From contig CAVSLC010000013.1 in the NCBI GenBank assembly GCA_963728565.1, forward strand, positions 64,001 through 128,000: DNA of 64,000 nucleotides, read 5' to 3'. Positions within the stretch are counted from its first letter, which is position 1. Each line of letters opens with the position of its first letter. The stretch is from an uncultured delta proteobacterium (GTDB lineage: Bacteria; Desulfobacterota; Binatia; UBA9968). The notes below the pieces were generated by a model. It saw nothing but the letters and a program-made list of their open reading frames with translations. It was not told the DNA's origin and did not search any database. Below, piece by piece: positions 50,114 through 59,133 of this stretch. The translations under genes were made by a program, and so were the position numbers.

Positions 50114-52212
50114 ATGGCTGGAACGGAGCTGCAAAACCTTCGAATCCTTGGCATTCTGGGTCAAGGAGGCTCGGGCAAAACCTCTTTAGCGGAAGCGATG
50201 CTGTTTGCCGCCGGGGCGACTCAGCGGCTGGGACGGGTTCAGGATGGCACGTCGGTGTTTGATCATGATCCCGAAGAAATCAAGCACCAGGTCTCGATCT
50301 CAACCGCGTTTCAATCTTTTCCATGGAAAAAGCATTCTTTGACTCTGGTGGACACTCCGGGCTATGCGGCCTTTCTCGCCGATTCAATCAACTGTGCGCG
50401 CGCTTTTGGCGCCGCGATCTTTGTTCTGAATCCTTCGGTTGGATTGCGGGTCGAATCCGAGCGGCTATGGGCAACTGCTAACGCCAATGAAATCTGCCGG
50501 CTTCTCTTCGTCAATAAAATGGATCATGAGGAGGCCGATGCGGTTGAGCGAATGGAGCCTTTGCTTTCAAGGCTGGATGCCAAGGGTGTCCATCTGCAGT
50601 TGCCAATCGGAGCCGGGAGCGAGTTCAAAGGCGTTGTCGATTTGCCTTCAATGAAGGCCTATCTTTACGAAGGAAGCGGCGGCAAGTTCAGCGAAACCGA
50701 AATCCCCGCCGATCTCCGGGCAACGGCTGAAGATATGCGGCGACAGTTGATGGATAGTGTCGCCGAAGCGGACGACGGCTTCCTTGAAAAATATCTCGAT
50801 GGCGGCGAATTTTCATTGGAAGAGTTGAAGCAAACCATTCGCGAAGCCACGCGCCAACGAAAAATATTTCCGATTCTCTATGGCTCTGCGACACATCTGA
50901 TCGGAATCCCCCAGCTGCTCGAGGCGGTGCTCGATTACCTGCCTGCGCCGGAGAAGAGGCGGAATTGGAAGGCACCAATCCGATTACGCGCGAGGTTGAA
51001 AGAAGGGCACACGATCTTGGCGCGCCTTTTTCGGCCTACGTTTTCAAAACATTGGTCGATCCTTTTGCCGGGAAACTATCGGTGATGCGTGTCATGTCCG
51101 GAAAGATTTCGTCGGACGAGACATGCTACAACGCCAACAAACAGAGCAAAGAAAAAATCGGTCACATGTTCCGGCTGGAAGGGAAAAAGCAAGAGGCCAT
51201 CAAAGAAGCCCGGGCAGGCGAGATCGTCGCAGCGGCCAAGCTCAAGGATGTCAGCAGCGGCGATACCCTCTGCGATGAACGGGCGCCGATTCAGTATCCG
51301 CTGCCGGTGCATTTCTCGCCGGTCATTTCGTTTGCGTTAGAGCCCAAGAGCAAAGCAGATGAAGAAAAGGTGCCGCAGGGGCTGCACCGGATGATGGAGG
51401 AAGATCCAACCATCGATCTTCATCGCGATGAGGAGACGCGCGATTTTATCCTGTCGGGCATGGGACAGCAGCACATCGAGATCATCGTCGAGAAGCTCAA
51501 ACGGAAGTACAGCGCCGAGGTTATTTTAAAAGCGCCGAAAGTGCCGTACAAAGAAACCATCCGGGGCGCTGCCAGCGCGCAGGGAAAATTAAAGAAGCAA
51601 TCCGGTGGCCGCGGCCAGTATGGCGACACCTGGCTCAAAGTCGAACCGCTGCCGCACGGCAAGGGGTTTGAGTTCGTCGATCAGATCGTCGGCGGCGCGA
51701 TTCCTCGGAATTACATCCCGGCGGTGGAGAAAGGCATCAAAGAAGCAATGGCCGGAGGCGTGGTCGCCGGTTATCCGATGGTCGATGTGCGGGTGACACT
51801 TTACGATGGTTCCTACCATGATGTCGACTCATCGGATATGGCATTCAAAATCGCCGGCTCCATGGGTTTTAAAAACGCCGTCGAAAAAGCCAAACCGGTG
51901 ATTTTAGAACCGATCATGACGATGGAGGTGACCGTGCCGGATGAATGTATGGGCGACGTCATCGGCGATTTGAACAGCCGCAGGGGCAAAGTACTGGGCA
52001 TGGACACCAACGGCCACACTCAAGTAATCAAGAGCCGGGTGCCGATGTCCGAGGTGCTAAAATATGCGCCGGATCTTCGTTCGCTTACCAGCGGCCGCGG
52101 CGAGTTCCATATGGAATTTTCACATTATGAGGAGTTACCCGCGCATCTAGCCGAAAGAGTGATCAAAGAAGCGAAAGCGCAAACCAAGGCCGAACAGCCG
52201 AGCCAGCATTAA
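50114..52212 (+). CDS. Elongation factor G paralog (EF-G2-like; frameshift near 50952)
   Basis: [54 protein letters not shown]. Confidence 0.9.
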
Positions 52213-52328
52213 AGATCTAAAGCCGGCCGATACGGCCTCACCGGGGGAAATCCGCCCTGCAACGAGGAAGGCTCAGGCGATTCGCGGTAGCTAGCTAGTT
52301 AGTTTGCGATCTTCAGATTGAGGCAGTT

Positions 52329-52538
52329 ATGGAACAATCATTTGATCAATTCAACGCGGCGTTGCTCTATTGCAACAAGTGCGGCCGGGCGATGCCGGTG
52401 AGGCAGCGTTTGCTGCTGGTGTTGCCGGATGGCGAGCTCTATGACTATACCTGCCAGACATGCCATAGCTCGGTAGGATCAAAAACTGAACGCGCCGGCA
52501 GCCAAGCCAGTACCAGAAAGACTCGGATAGGAGGCTGA
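52329..52538 (+). CDS. Small zinc-ribbon protein (CxxC...CxxC)
   Basis: LYCNKC...YTCQTC; GAGG RBS. Confidence 0.7.
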   Translation: MEQSFDQFNAALLYCNKCGRAMPVRQRLLLVLPDGELYDYTCQTCHSSVGSKTERAGSQASTRKTRIGG

Positions 52539-52544
52539 TCGAAA

Positions 52545-53573
52545 ATGTCAGTGATAGATTCGGACGCGCACGTTTTAGAGACCGAGCGCACTTGGGACTA
52601 CATGCTGGAATCCGAACACTCGATGAGACCGCGGGTAGTGCCGACGCCTAGCGACCCGACTTCCGGAGGGGAGTCCTGGCTGGTGGACGGCACTTACATC
52701 GGCAAGGCGCGCAACGTCGGCCATGACACAGCGAGAGAAGCGCGTGAGATGGACGATATCAGAGCGCGGCTGGCGCACATGGACGAGCTCGATATCGACG
52801 TCCAGGTGCTCTATCCAACGATATTTCTTCGTCCGTTCACGCGCCGGCCGGAGGTTGAGCTGGCAGTGGCGCGCAGCTACAACCGATGGCTCGTGGATAT
52901 CTGGAAAGCAGCGCCCGAGCGCTTGCGCTGGGTAGCGGTGTTGCCGCTCCTGACTATGGACAAGGCGGTTGAAGAAGCTCGCTTTGCCAAAGAAAATGGC
53001 GCATGTGGCATCTTCATGCGTGGTCTGGAAGGCGATAAGCGGATCAGCGATAGCTATTTTTTTCCGATCTACGAGGAAGCCGGGAGACTGGATTTGCCGA
53101 TCTGCGTCCATTCCGCAACCGGCAGCTTCGCGGTGCATGACTATTTCATCGACGAGTGCGGCTTCAATAAATTCAAGCTGGCTGTGGTCGGGTCGTTTCA
53201 TTCGCTCATCTTCAACAAGGTCCCCGAGAGGTTTCCGCAGACCCGATGGGCTTTTATCGAGGTCAGCTCCCAATGGATACCGTACGCCATCCACGATTAT
53301 GCGCGGCGCTTCGAGCGCGCCGGCGCCAAGGTCGACAAATCCGATGTGCTGCGGCGAAACAGAATCTGGGTTGCATGCCAGACCGATGACGATCTTTCCT
53401 ATGTGCTTGAGTACGCCGGCGACAGCACGCTGGTGATCGGCACAGATTACGGACACAACGACACATCATCGGAGATTCTGGCGCTGCGCAAGCTCAGGGA
53501 GGATGGCGCTGTGCCGCCGCAGGTCGTAAAGAAAATCCTCGACGACAACGCCAAGGCGCTCTACAGCCTTTAA
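52545..53573 (+). CDS. Amidohydrolase family protein (Amidohydro_2)
   Basis: IDSDAHV, QVLYPT, ICVH, GTDYGH.D. Confidence 0.88.
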   Translation: MSVIDSDAHVLETERTWDYMLESEHSMRPRVVPTPSDPTSGGESWLVDGTYIGKARNVGHDTAREAREMDDIRARLAHMDELDIDVQVLYPTIFLRPFTRRPEVELAVARSYNRWLVDIWKAAPERLRWVAVLPLLTMDKAVEEARFAKENGACGIFMRGLEGDKRISDSYFFPIYEEAGRLDLPICVHSATGSFAVHDYFIDECGFNKFKLAVVGSFHSLIFNKVPERFPQTRWAFIEVSSQWIPYAIHDYARRFERAGAKVDKSDVLRRNRIWVACQTDDDLSYVLEYAGDSTLVIGTDYGHNDTSSEILALRKLREDGAVPPQVVKKILDDNAKALYSL

Positions 53574-53603
53574 ATCCGTAGCTCAGAGATCAGAAGATTT
53601 CCT

Positions 53604-54629
53604 ATGGTCATTGATTTTCAAGCTCACCTATTTCCCGAAGAGTACATCAACGAACTTAAGCGCCGCGACGGCGCGGTCATTCTCGAAGAGCCCGACCCGT
53701 ACAGCGGCATGACTTATTTCTACGACAAGAAATTGCGTTGTCGAATCAACACGGCAATCTTCCAAGGGCGTGACATCGAGCGCCGGCTCGAGCATATGGA
53801 CCGGCTCGGCATCGATATTCATGTATTGACCATCCCCGCTCCCGGCGCGGATCGATTCGACCCGGACGATGCCGTGGCGATCGCGCGGGTGGCCAATGAC
53901 GCCATCGCGGCTATCTGCCGCAGACACCCAAGCCGCTTCATCGGCTTCTTCACCCTGCCGACCAGCTCGATTTCAGCATCGCTGGATGAGCTTGAGCGCT
54001 CGGTACATGAGCTGGGGCTCAAGGGCTTTGCTTCTTTCGCCAACCTTAACGGCCAGGCTCTGGATCGCGAAGAATTGTTTCCGATCTACGAACGACTCGC
54101 TCAGTATAAGCTGCCGGTCTACATTCATCCCACTGCCCCGTTGGCCACGGAAGCTACCGGAATTGACATCATGCCGACTCTGATATTCGGTTGGGCTTTC
54201 GACAGCACGGTGGCGATGACCCGGCTCGTTTATGGCCGCGTGCTCGAGCGCTTTCCGGAAATCGATTTCGTCGTCGCCGACGTCGGCGGCGTGCTGGCAT
54301 TTTTCGCCCAGCGCGCGAAGAATATTTACTCCGGACGCACCGAAGAAATTCGGCAACGGTACGGGCTCAAAGAGAACCCACTCGACTCTTTTCGGCGATT
54401 CTACGTCGATACGGCCGACCACCCGGCCTCGACATTGAAATGTGTTTTGGATTTTTTTGGCCCGGAGCGGCTGGTGCTCGGAACCAATTATCCATATGGT
54501 CCGGAAGAGGGTTGCGTGCTCATTAAAAATAGCTTGGCCGCCATTGACGGTCTGAACTTGAGCAAGAACGATAAAGAGAAGGTTCTCGGCGGCAATGCCG
54601 CGGAAATTCTCGGCCTGAGATCGGCATGA
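53604..54629 (+). CDS. Amidohydrolase family protein (ACMSD-like, altered metal ligands)
   Basis: IDFQAH, RVAND, YIHPT, LERFP, GTNYPY, GGNAAEILGL. Confidence 0.82.
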   Translation: MVIDFQAHLFPEEYINELKRRDGAVILEEPDPYSGMTYFYDKKLRCRINTAIFQGRDIERRLEHMDRLGIDIHVLTIPAPGADRFDPDDAVAIARVANDAIAAICRRHPSRFIGFFTLPTSSISASLDELERSVHELGLKGFASFANLNGQALDREELFPIYERLAQYKLPVYIHPTAPLATEATGIDIMPTLIFGWAFDSTVAMTRLVYGRVLERFPEIDFVVADVGGVLAFFAQRAKNIYSGRTEEIRQRYGLKENPLDSFRRFYVDTADHPASTLKCVLDFFGPERLVLGTNYPYGPEEGCVLIKNSLAAIDGLNLSKNDKEKVLGGNAAEILGLRSA

Positions 54630-56227
54630 ACTATACCAAGGCAGCAAGACCGGTCGTCATGGGACAAAACGGGGTGGTGTCCGCAGGGCATCCGCTTGGC
54701 GCGCTGTCAGGAGTAAAAATTCTTCAAGAGGGCGGCAACGCGGTCGATGCCGCGTTAGCGGCTGCCTTCGTCATGTCCGTCGTCAAACCGGAGGCCAGCG
54801 GACCTGGCGGTGATCTATTTGCGCTGGTTTACATGAAGAAGGCGGGAAAGGTTGTGGCGCTAAATTCCAGCGGGCCGGCGCCGGCCAAGGCAACGATAAG
54901 TTACTTCCAGGACCACGGATTGAAGAGCATTCCGATCAATGGAGCGCTGAGCATTGCCGTACCAGGCGCGGTGGACGGCTGGCTGGAGCTTCACAAAAAA
55001 CACGGCACCATAGAACTCGAAAGATTAGTGTCCGATGCGGTGCGCATCGCCCGTGAAGGGTTTCCCATTTCCCAGGAGTTTGCCGAAGCCATTGAGGAGC
55101 ATGGCAGGGAGTCTTTCTGGGTCGATCGTTTTTACCGAAAGCCTCTTGGTTTTCCAAAGCCCGGCAGAATATTAAATCAGAAAGGCTTGGCGGCGATTTT
55201 TGAAAAGATCGTCGCTCACGGTCGCGGCGGATTCTACAGCGGTGAAGTCGCCGATCAAATCGTCCAAACGGTCAGAGCCGAAGGCGGCATATTGGCGGAA
55301 GAAGATTTGCAGACAATCGTGGCGCAGTGGATGGAGCCGCTGAGCTCTTCGTACCGCGACACCACGGTCTATGAGCAACCGCCGGTATCGCAGGGCTTCA
55401 TGGTTCTCGAGATGCTCAACATTGCCGAAGCATGGCCTTTTGACAGCGCCAGCATGAGCCGCGCGGAAATGATTCACCTCCAGGTCGCGGCGAAGAAACT
55501 CGCATTTGAAGATCGCATTCGTTATCTCGACGACCCGAGTTTTGGCGATCCAAAAATCGCTATGCTTATCTCAAAAGATTACGCCGCCGCACGTCGTGAG
55601 CTCGCCCAAGACGCTCTGCAACGAAGCCCGGCGGCAGCGCCAAATCAAAGTAGCGATACTACCTATCTCTGCGCCACCGACCGCGACGGCAATGCCATCT
55701 CTTTGATACAGAGCGTGTTCGCGCCGTTTGGCTCGCGGGTGATTGCCGGGGAGACCGGCGTGGTCATGAACAATCGATTATGCAGTTTTGGGCTGGATCC
55801 GGCAAAAGCAAACTCACTCGAGCCAGGGAAAAGGCCGGCACATACGCTCAATACCTATATGGTTTTTAAGGGCGGCGATGTTTTCGCGGTGGGCGGTAGT
55901 CCCGGGGCCGACGAACAGCCGCAAACTAATTTCCAGATCATTCACGATTTAGTCGATCTGAAAATGGATCCACAAAGCGCCGTCGAAGCGCCGCGGTGGA
56001 GCCACCAGCCAGGCACGCCGCCGCGAGACCAGCTCCCCGAGTTGCTGCGGATGGAAGAAGGCTTCGACGCGCAAACTTTAGAAGATTTGCAAGCGCGCGG
56101 ACACAAAGTGTCTGTCGTTGATCGCTGGTCCTTCGGCAGCGCGAAAATCATTGTTCGCGATCACGAAAATGGTTGCTGGCTGGGTGGCGCGGATCCACGC
56201 AGAGTGGCTTACGCCTTGGGGTGGTAG
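54626..56227 (+). CDS. ggt: Gamma-glutamyltransferase family (Ntn hydrolase)
   Basis: GGNAVDAA, AVPGAVDGW, DTTY (Thr nucleophile), PGKRP.HT, GGADPRR. Confidence 0.9.
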   Translation: MNYTKAARPVVMGQNGVVSAGHPLGALSGVKILQEGGNAVDAALAAAFVMSVVKPEASGPGGDLFALVYMKKAGKVVALNSSGPAPAKATISYFQDHGLKSIPINGALSIAVPGAVDGWLELHKKHGTIELERLVSDAVRIAREGFPISQEFAEAIEEHGRESFWVDRFYRKPLGFPKPGRILNQKGLAAIFEKIVAHGRGGFYSGEVADQIVQTVRAEGGILAEEDLQTIVAQWMEPLSSSYRDTTVYEQPPVSQGFMVLEMLNIAEAWPFDSASMSRAEMIHLQVAAKKLAFEDRIRYLDDPSFGDPKIAMLISKDYAAARRELAQDALQRSPAAAPNQSSDTTYLCATDRDGNAISLIQSVFAPFGSRVIAGETGVVMNNRLCSFGLDPAKANSLEPGKRPAHTLNTYMVFKGGDVFAVGGSPGADEQPQTNFQIIHDLVDLKMDPQSAVEAPRWSHQPGTPPRDQLPELLRMEEGFDAQTLEDLQARGHKVSVVDRWSFGSAKIIVRDHENGCWLGGADPRRVAYALGW

Positions 56228-56388
56228 CGATGCAACCACCTAGAGGCGGAGTTTCGACGCTCTGCTTCAGTTTCGAGTGCGCCACGAAGAAGCGCGCTTC
56301 ATAGAAGAACCGCGAGATATTCGAATCATTTTTAGCCCGGGCGATCCGGAAAAGGCTCATAACCAACCGCGCAAGTTAAGGCGACCTC

Positions 56389-57441
56389 GTGAAGTCTAGC
56401 CTGTTTACAGAAATTCAGTGCCCGGCAGGTTCATCCCCCGAAGAACGCCTCAAGGAGTTTCTTGAGCAAGCTGAGCTAGCGGATGATCTCGGCTTTACAA
56501 CTTTCTGGATTGCCGAAATTCACTGCCAGCCGAAGTTTTCTCTACTTGCCGCGCCGTATGTCGTGTTAGGAGCGGCAGCTCAGAGAACCAAACGTCTGCG
56601 GCTCGGCGTCGCCGTCAATACCTTGCCGATTCATCATCCGGTACAGCTGGCGGAACAGGCCGCGATGCTCGACATACTTTCTGGCGGTCGCATGGATTTC
56701 GCTGCCGGCGGGGGTCATCCGCACAGCCGCGCTTACGAATGCTTTGGCGCAGACCACAAAGTAACACACGATCTTATGGTGGAGGCTTTGCAAATTATTC
56801 GTCGGGGTTGGTCTGAAGAGATTCTGACCTTCGACGGAAAATTCTTCCAGATTCCTGAAGTCGTGGTCAACCCCAAACCGGTTCAAAGGCCGCTGCCGCC
56901 ATTTTACATGGCGACGAGTTCTCTTGATGGAGTCACAGTGGGAGCCCGTCTGGGGATCAATTTGCTCCTGCCGATTCACACCCGTACGCCGGAGCAAGTG
57001 ATCGAATATTCCCAGGCTTATTGGCGCGGACTGGAAACCTATGGCCATGATCCAACCTCAAGGGAATTGGGTCTTTTAGTGCCGATGCATCTGGCGTCGA
57101 GTACCGCCCAGGCCAGGTCCCGCTCTGAAGCCGGCATCATGAGTTACTTCAAAACCATCGCCGATATGCGCAGTGATTATGTTGAGTGGTTGACTCGGCG
57201 CGGCGATGAATTGCCCGTCCGGCTGAGAACCGCTGCCGGCGCTTCGGTGAGCTTCGATGACATATGCGCGCGCCATGCGGTGATTGCGGATCCCGAATCT
57301 GCCCTGCAGACGCTTAAAGGTTTAACTGCGGATACCGGCGCGACGAACCTTCTCACTTGGTTCAACATCGGCAACGTGCCGCACCAGCTGGTTCAAGAAT
57401 CGATGCAGCAGTTCGCGGCTGAAGTCATGCCGCATCTATGA
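56389..57441 (+). CDS. LLM-class flavin-dependent monooxygenase (luciferase-like)
   Basis: ADDLGFTTFWIAE.H, HPVQLAEQAAMLDILSGGR, PKPVQRP, FAAEVMP. Confidence 0.88.
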   Translation: MKSSLFTEIQCPAGSSPEERLKEFLEQAELADDLGFTTFWIAEIHCQPKFSLLAAPYVVLGAAAQRTKRLRLGVAVNTLPIHHPVQLAEQAAMLDILSGGRMDFAAGGGHPHSRAYECFGADHKVTHDLMVEALQIIRRGWSEEILTFDGKFFQIPEVVVNPKPVQRPLPPFYMATSSLDGVTVGARLGINLLLPIHTRTPEQVIEYSQAYWRGLETYGHDPTSRELGLLVPMHLASSTAQARSRSEAGIMSYFKTIADMRSDYVEWLTRRGDELPVRLRTAAGASVSFDDICARHAVIADPESALQTLKGLTADTGATNLLTWFNIGNVPHQLVQESMQQFAAEVMPHL

Positions 57442-57460
57442 TTGTTAGCAGAGGATCGAT

Positions 57461-57814
57461 ATGGAAAATCTAACAGAGCAGAAATGCGAAGCGTGTCGCG
57501 TCGGTGCGCCACCTGTCACGGCCGGTGAGATACAAGAGCTCCAGCCCAGAGTGCCTGATTGGCAAATCATCACTGAAGACAGCATTCCCAAGTTGGACCG
57601 GCAGTTCAAATTCAAGAATTTCAAAGATGCGTTGGCCTTCACCGATGCCGTGGGAGCAGCCGCGGAGGAAGAGGGCCATCATCCGCGTATCACCACGGAA
57701 TGGGGCAAAGTGGGGGTGACCTGGTGGACGCACAAAATCCGTAATCTACACAAAAACGACTTCATCATGGCGGCGAAAACCGACGCGATCTATAGGAACT
57801 ATCAGCAGAGTTAG
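57461..57814 (+). CDS. phhB: Pterin-4-alpha-carbinolamine dehydratase
   Basis: CEAC, FKNF, EGHHP, WWTHKI.NLH.NDFIMAAK. Confidence 0.9.
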   Translation: MENLTEQKCEACRVGAPPVTAGEIQELQPRVPDWQIITEDSIPKLDRQFKFKNFKDALAFTDAVGAAAEEEGHHPRITTEWGKVGVTWWTHKIRNLHKNDFIMAAKTDAIYRNYQQS

Positions 57815-57924
57815 CGGATCAAACAGCGGAAGAGGCTGATAGACTTCCGCTGGCACTGCCCGCGAGAGAGACAACGCATCACTCTGCGCGACTTCTACCA
57901 ACAATCAGGGAGCTGGGAGAACCA

Positions 57925-58959
57925 ATGGTTCAATCGATAAGTTTCTGCCTAGCGTGCATTTGGACGCTGATGTTTGGTTTCAAAACCGGTTACGCCGCTT
58001 CTGCCGATGATAATTTCTACAAAGGCAAGACCATTCGTCTGATCGTCGCTTTCTCCGCCGGCGGAGGATACGACACCTATTCTAGAACCATCGCGCGGCA
58101 TCTCAGCAAACATATTCCTGGCAATCCGTCTGTCATCGTTGAAAACATGACCGGCGCCGGCGGTATCATTCACGCCAACTTCATGTACCAGCAGGGCAAG
58201 CCGGACGGCCTGATCATCGGCAACAATGCCGGAGGGCTGTTTCTTCAACAGCTTATGGGGGCCAAGGGAATCGAATTTGACGGCAAAAAATTCGAGTTCA
58301 TCGGAGTGCCGGGCCCCGATCATCCGGCATGCGCCATCACCAAGGTGAGCGGCGTCACCTCGATGGAGCAGTGGTTTGCGGCCAAGGAGCCGATCAAGTT
58401 CGGCGGCGTGGGGCCGGGCGGGACCGCGTCTGATATTCCGCGAATATTGCACGCGGCTCTCGGGCTGCCCATCCGTGTCATCGATGGTTATAAGGGTACC
58501 GCAGATATCCGACTGGCGACCGAAAGCGGTGAACTGGCGGGAGGCTGTTTAGGTTGGGAGTCGCTTAAAACAACCTGGCGAAAAGGCATCGAATCAGGCG
58601 AGGTCAATGTTGTGGTGCAGAATATGCCGAAAAAACACCCCGAGCTGCCCAGTGTGCCGCTAGTAGGCGATTACGTCAAAACCGACGAGGCTCGAAGGCT
58701 GATCAAATACGGCATTCAAGATACGGCGGTGATCACCAGACCTTATTTTCTGTCCCCAGGTACACCGAAGAATCGTGTCCAACTACTCCGCAAGGCCTTT
58801 GCCGATACACTGAAGGATCCAGAGCTGCTGGCCGAAGCGAAAAAGGCTAATCTAGATATCGATCCTATCTCAGGCGAAGAAGTTGAAGCTATTGCTCAGG
58901 GCCTGTACAAAATCGAGCCCGCTTTCATAGCAAGGATGAAGCAGGTCTTGGTGCCTTAG
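57925..58959 (+). CDS. Tripartite tricarboxylate transporter substrate-binding protein (Bug/TctC)
   Basis: FYKGKTIRLIV.FSAGGGYD, ENMTGAGG, PDGL, GYKG, PGTP. Confidence 0.88.
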   Translation: MVQSISFCLACIWTLMFGFKTGYAASADDNFYKGKTIRLIVAFSAGGGYDTYSRTIARHLSKHIPGNPSVIVENMTGAGGIIHANFMYQQGKPDGLIIGNNAGGLFLQQLMGAKGIEFDGKKFEFIGVPGPDHPACAITKVSGVTSMEQWFAAKEPIKFGGVGPGGTASDIPRILHAALGLPIRVIDGYKGTADIRLATESGELAGGCLGWESLKTTWRKGIESGEVNVVVQNMPKKHPELPSVPLVGDYVKTDEARRLIKYGIQDTAVITRPYFLSPGTPKNRVQLLRKAFADTLKDPELLAEAKKANLDIDPISGEEVEAIAQGLYKIEPAFIARMKQVLVP

Positions 58960-58969
58960 CTTAAATACA

Positions 58970-59123
58970 GTTCCAGTCATTCCAATAGTTTCAGTATTGC
59001 AGTCTTTTAGTAAGCTGAAGGCGTAAACTTCAAGTAATCTGAGAGGTGCTTCGTGGCGTCGCCGAGCACTCGCCGAAGTTAACTATGAACAATTGGAACC
59101 GTTGGAGGTGGAACGGCTGGAAC
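58970..59123. repeat. Intergenic element: degenerate 9-bp tandem units in inverted orientation around a central hairpin
   Basis: Left GTTCCAGTC-ATTCCAATA-GTTTCAGTA; right AATTGGAAC-CGTTGGAG-GTGGAAC-GGCTGGAAC; central GTGCT...AGCAC and CTTCG...CGAAG. Confidence 0.5.
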
Positions 59124-59133
59124 CGCCTTTATC

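Noticed and set aside
52575-53456. Long antisense ORFs (293 aa here; also 60191-61147, 53973-54647, 46997-47674, 62889-63704)
   Set aside because: They lie opposite or overlap well-supported genes, have no recognisable motifs, and are expected shadows of GC-rich codon usage.
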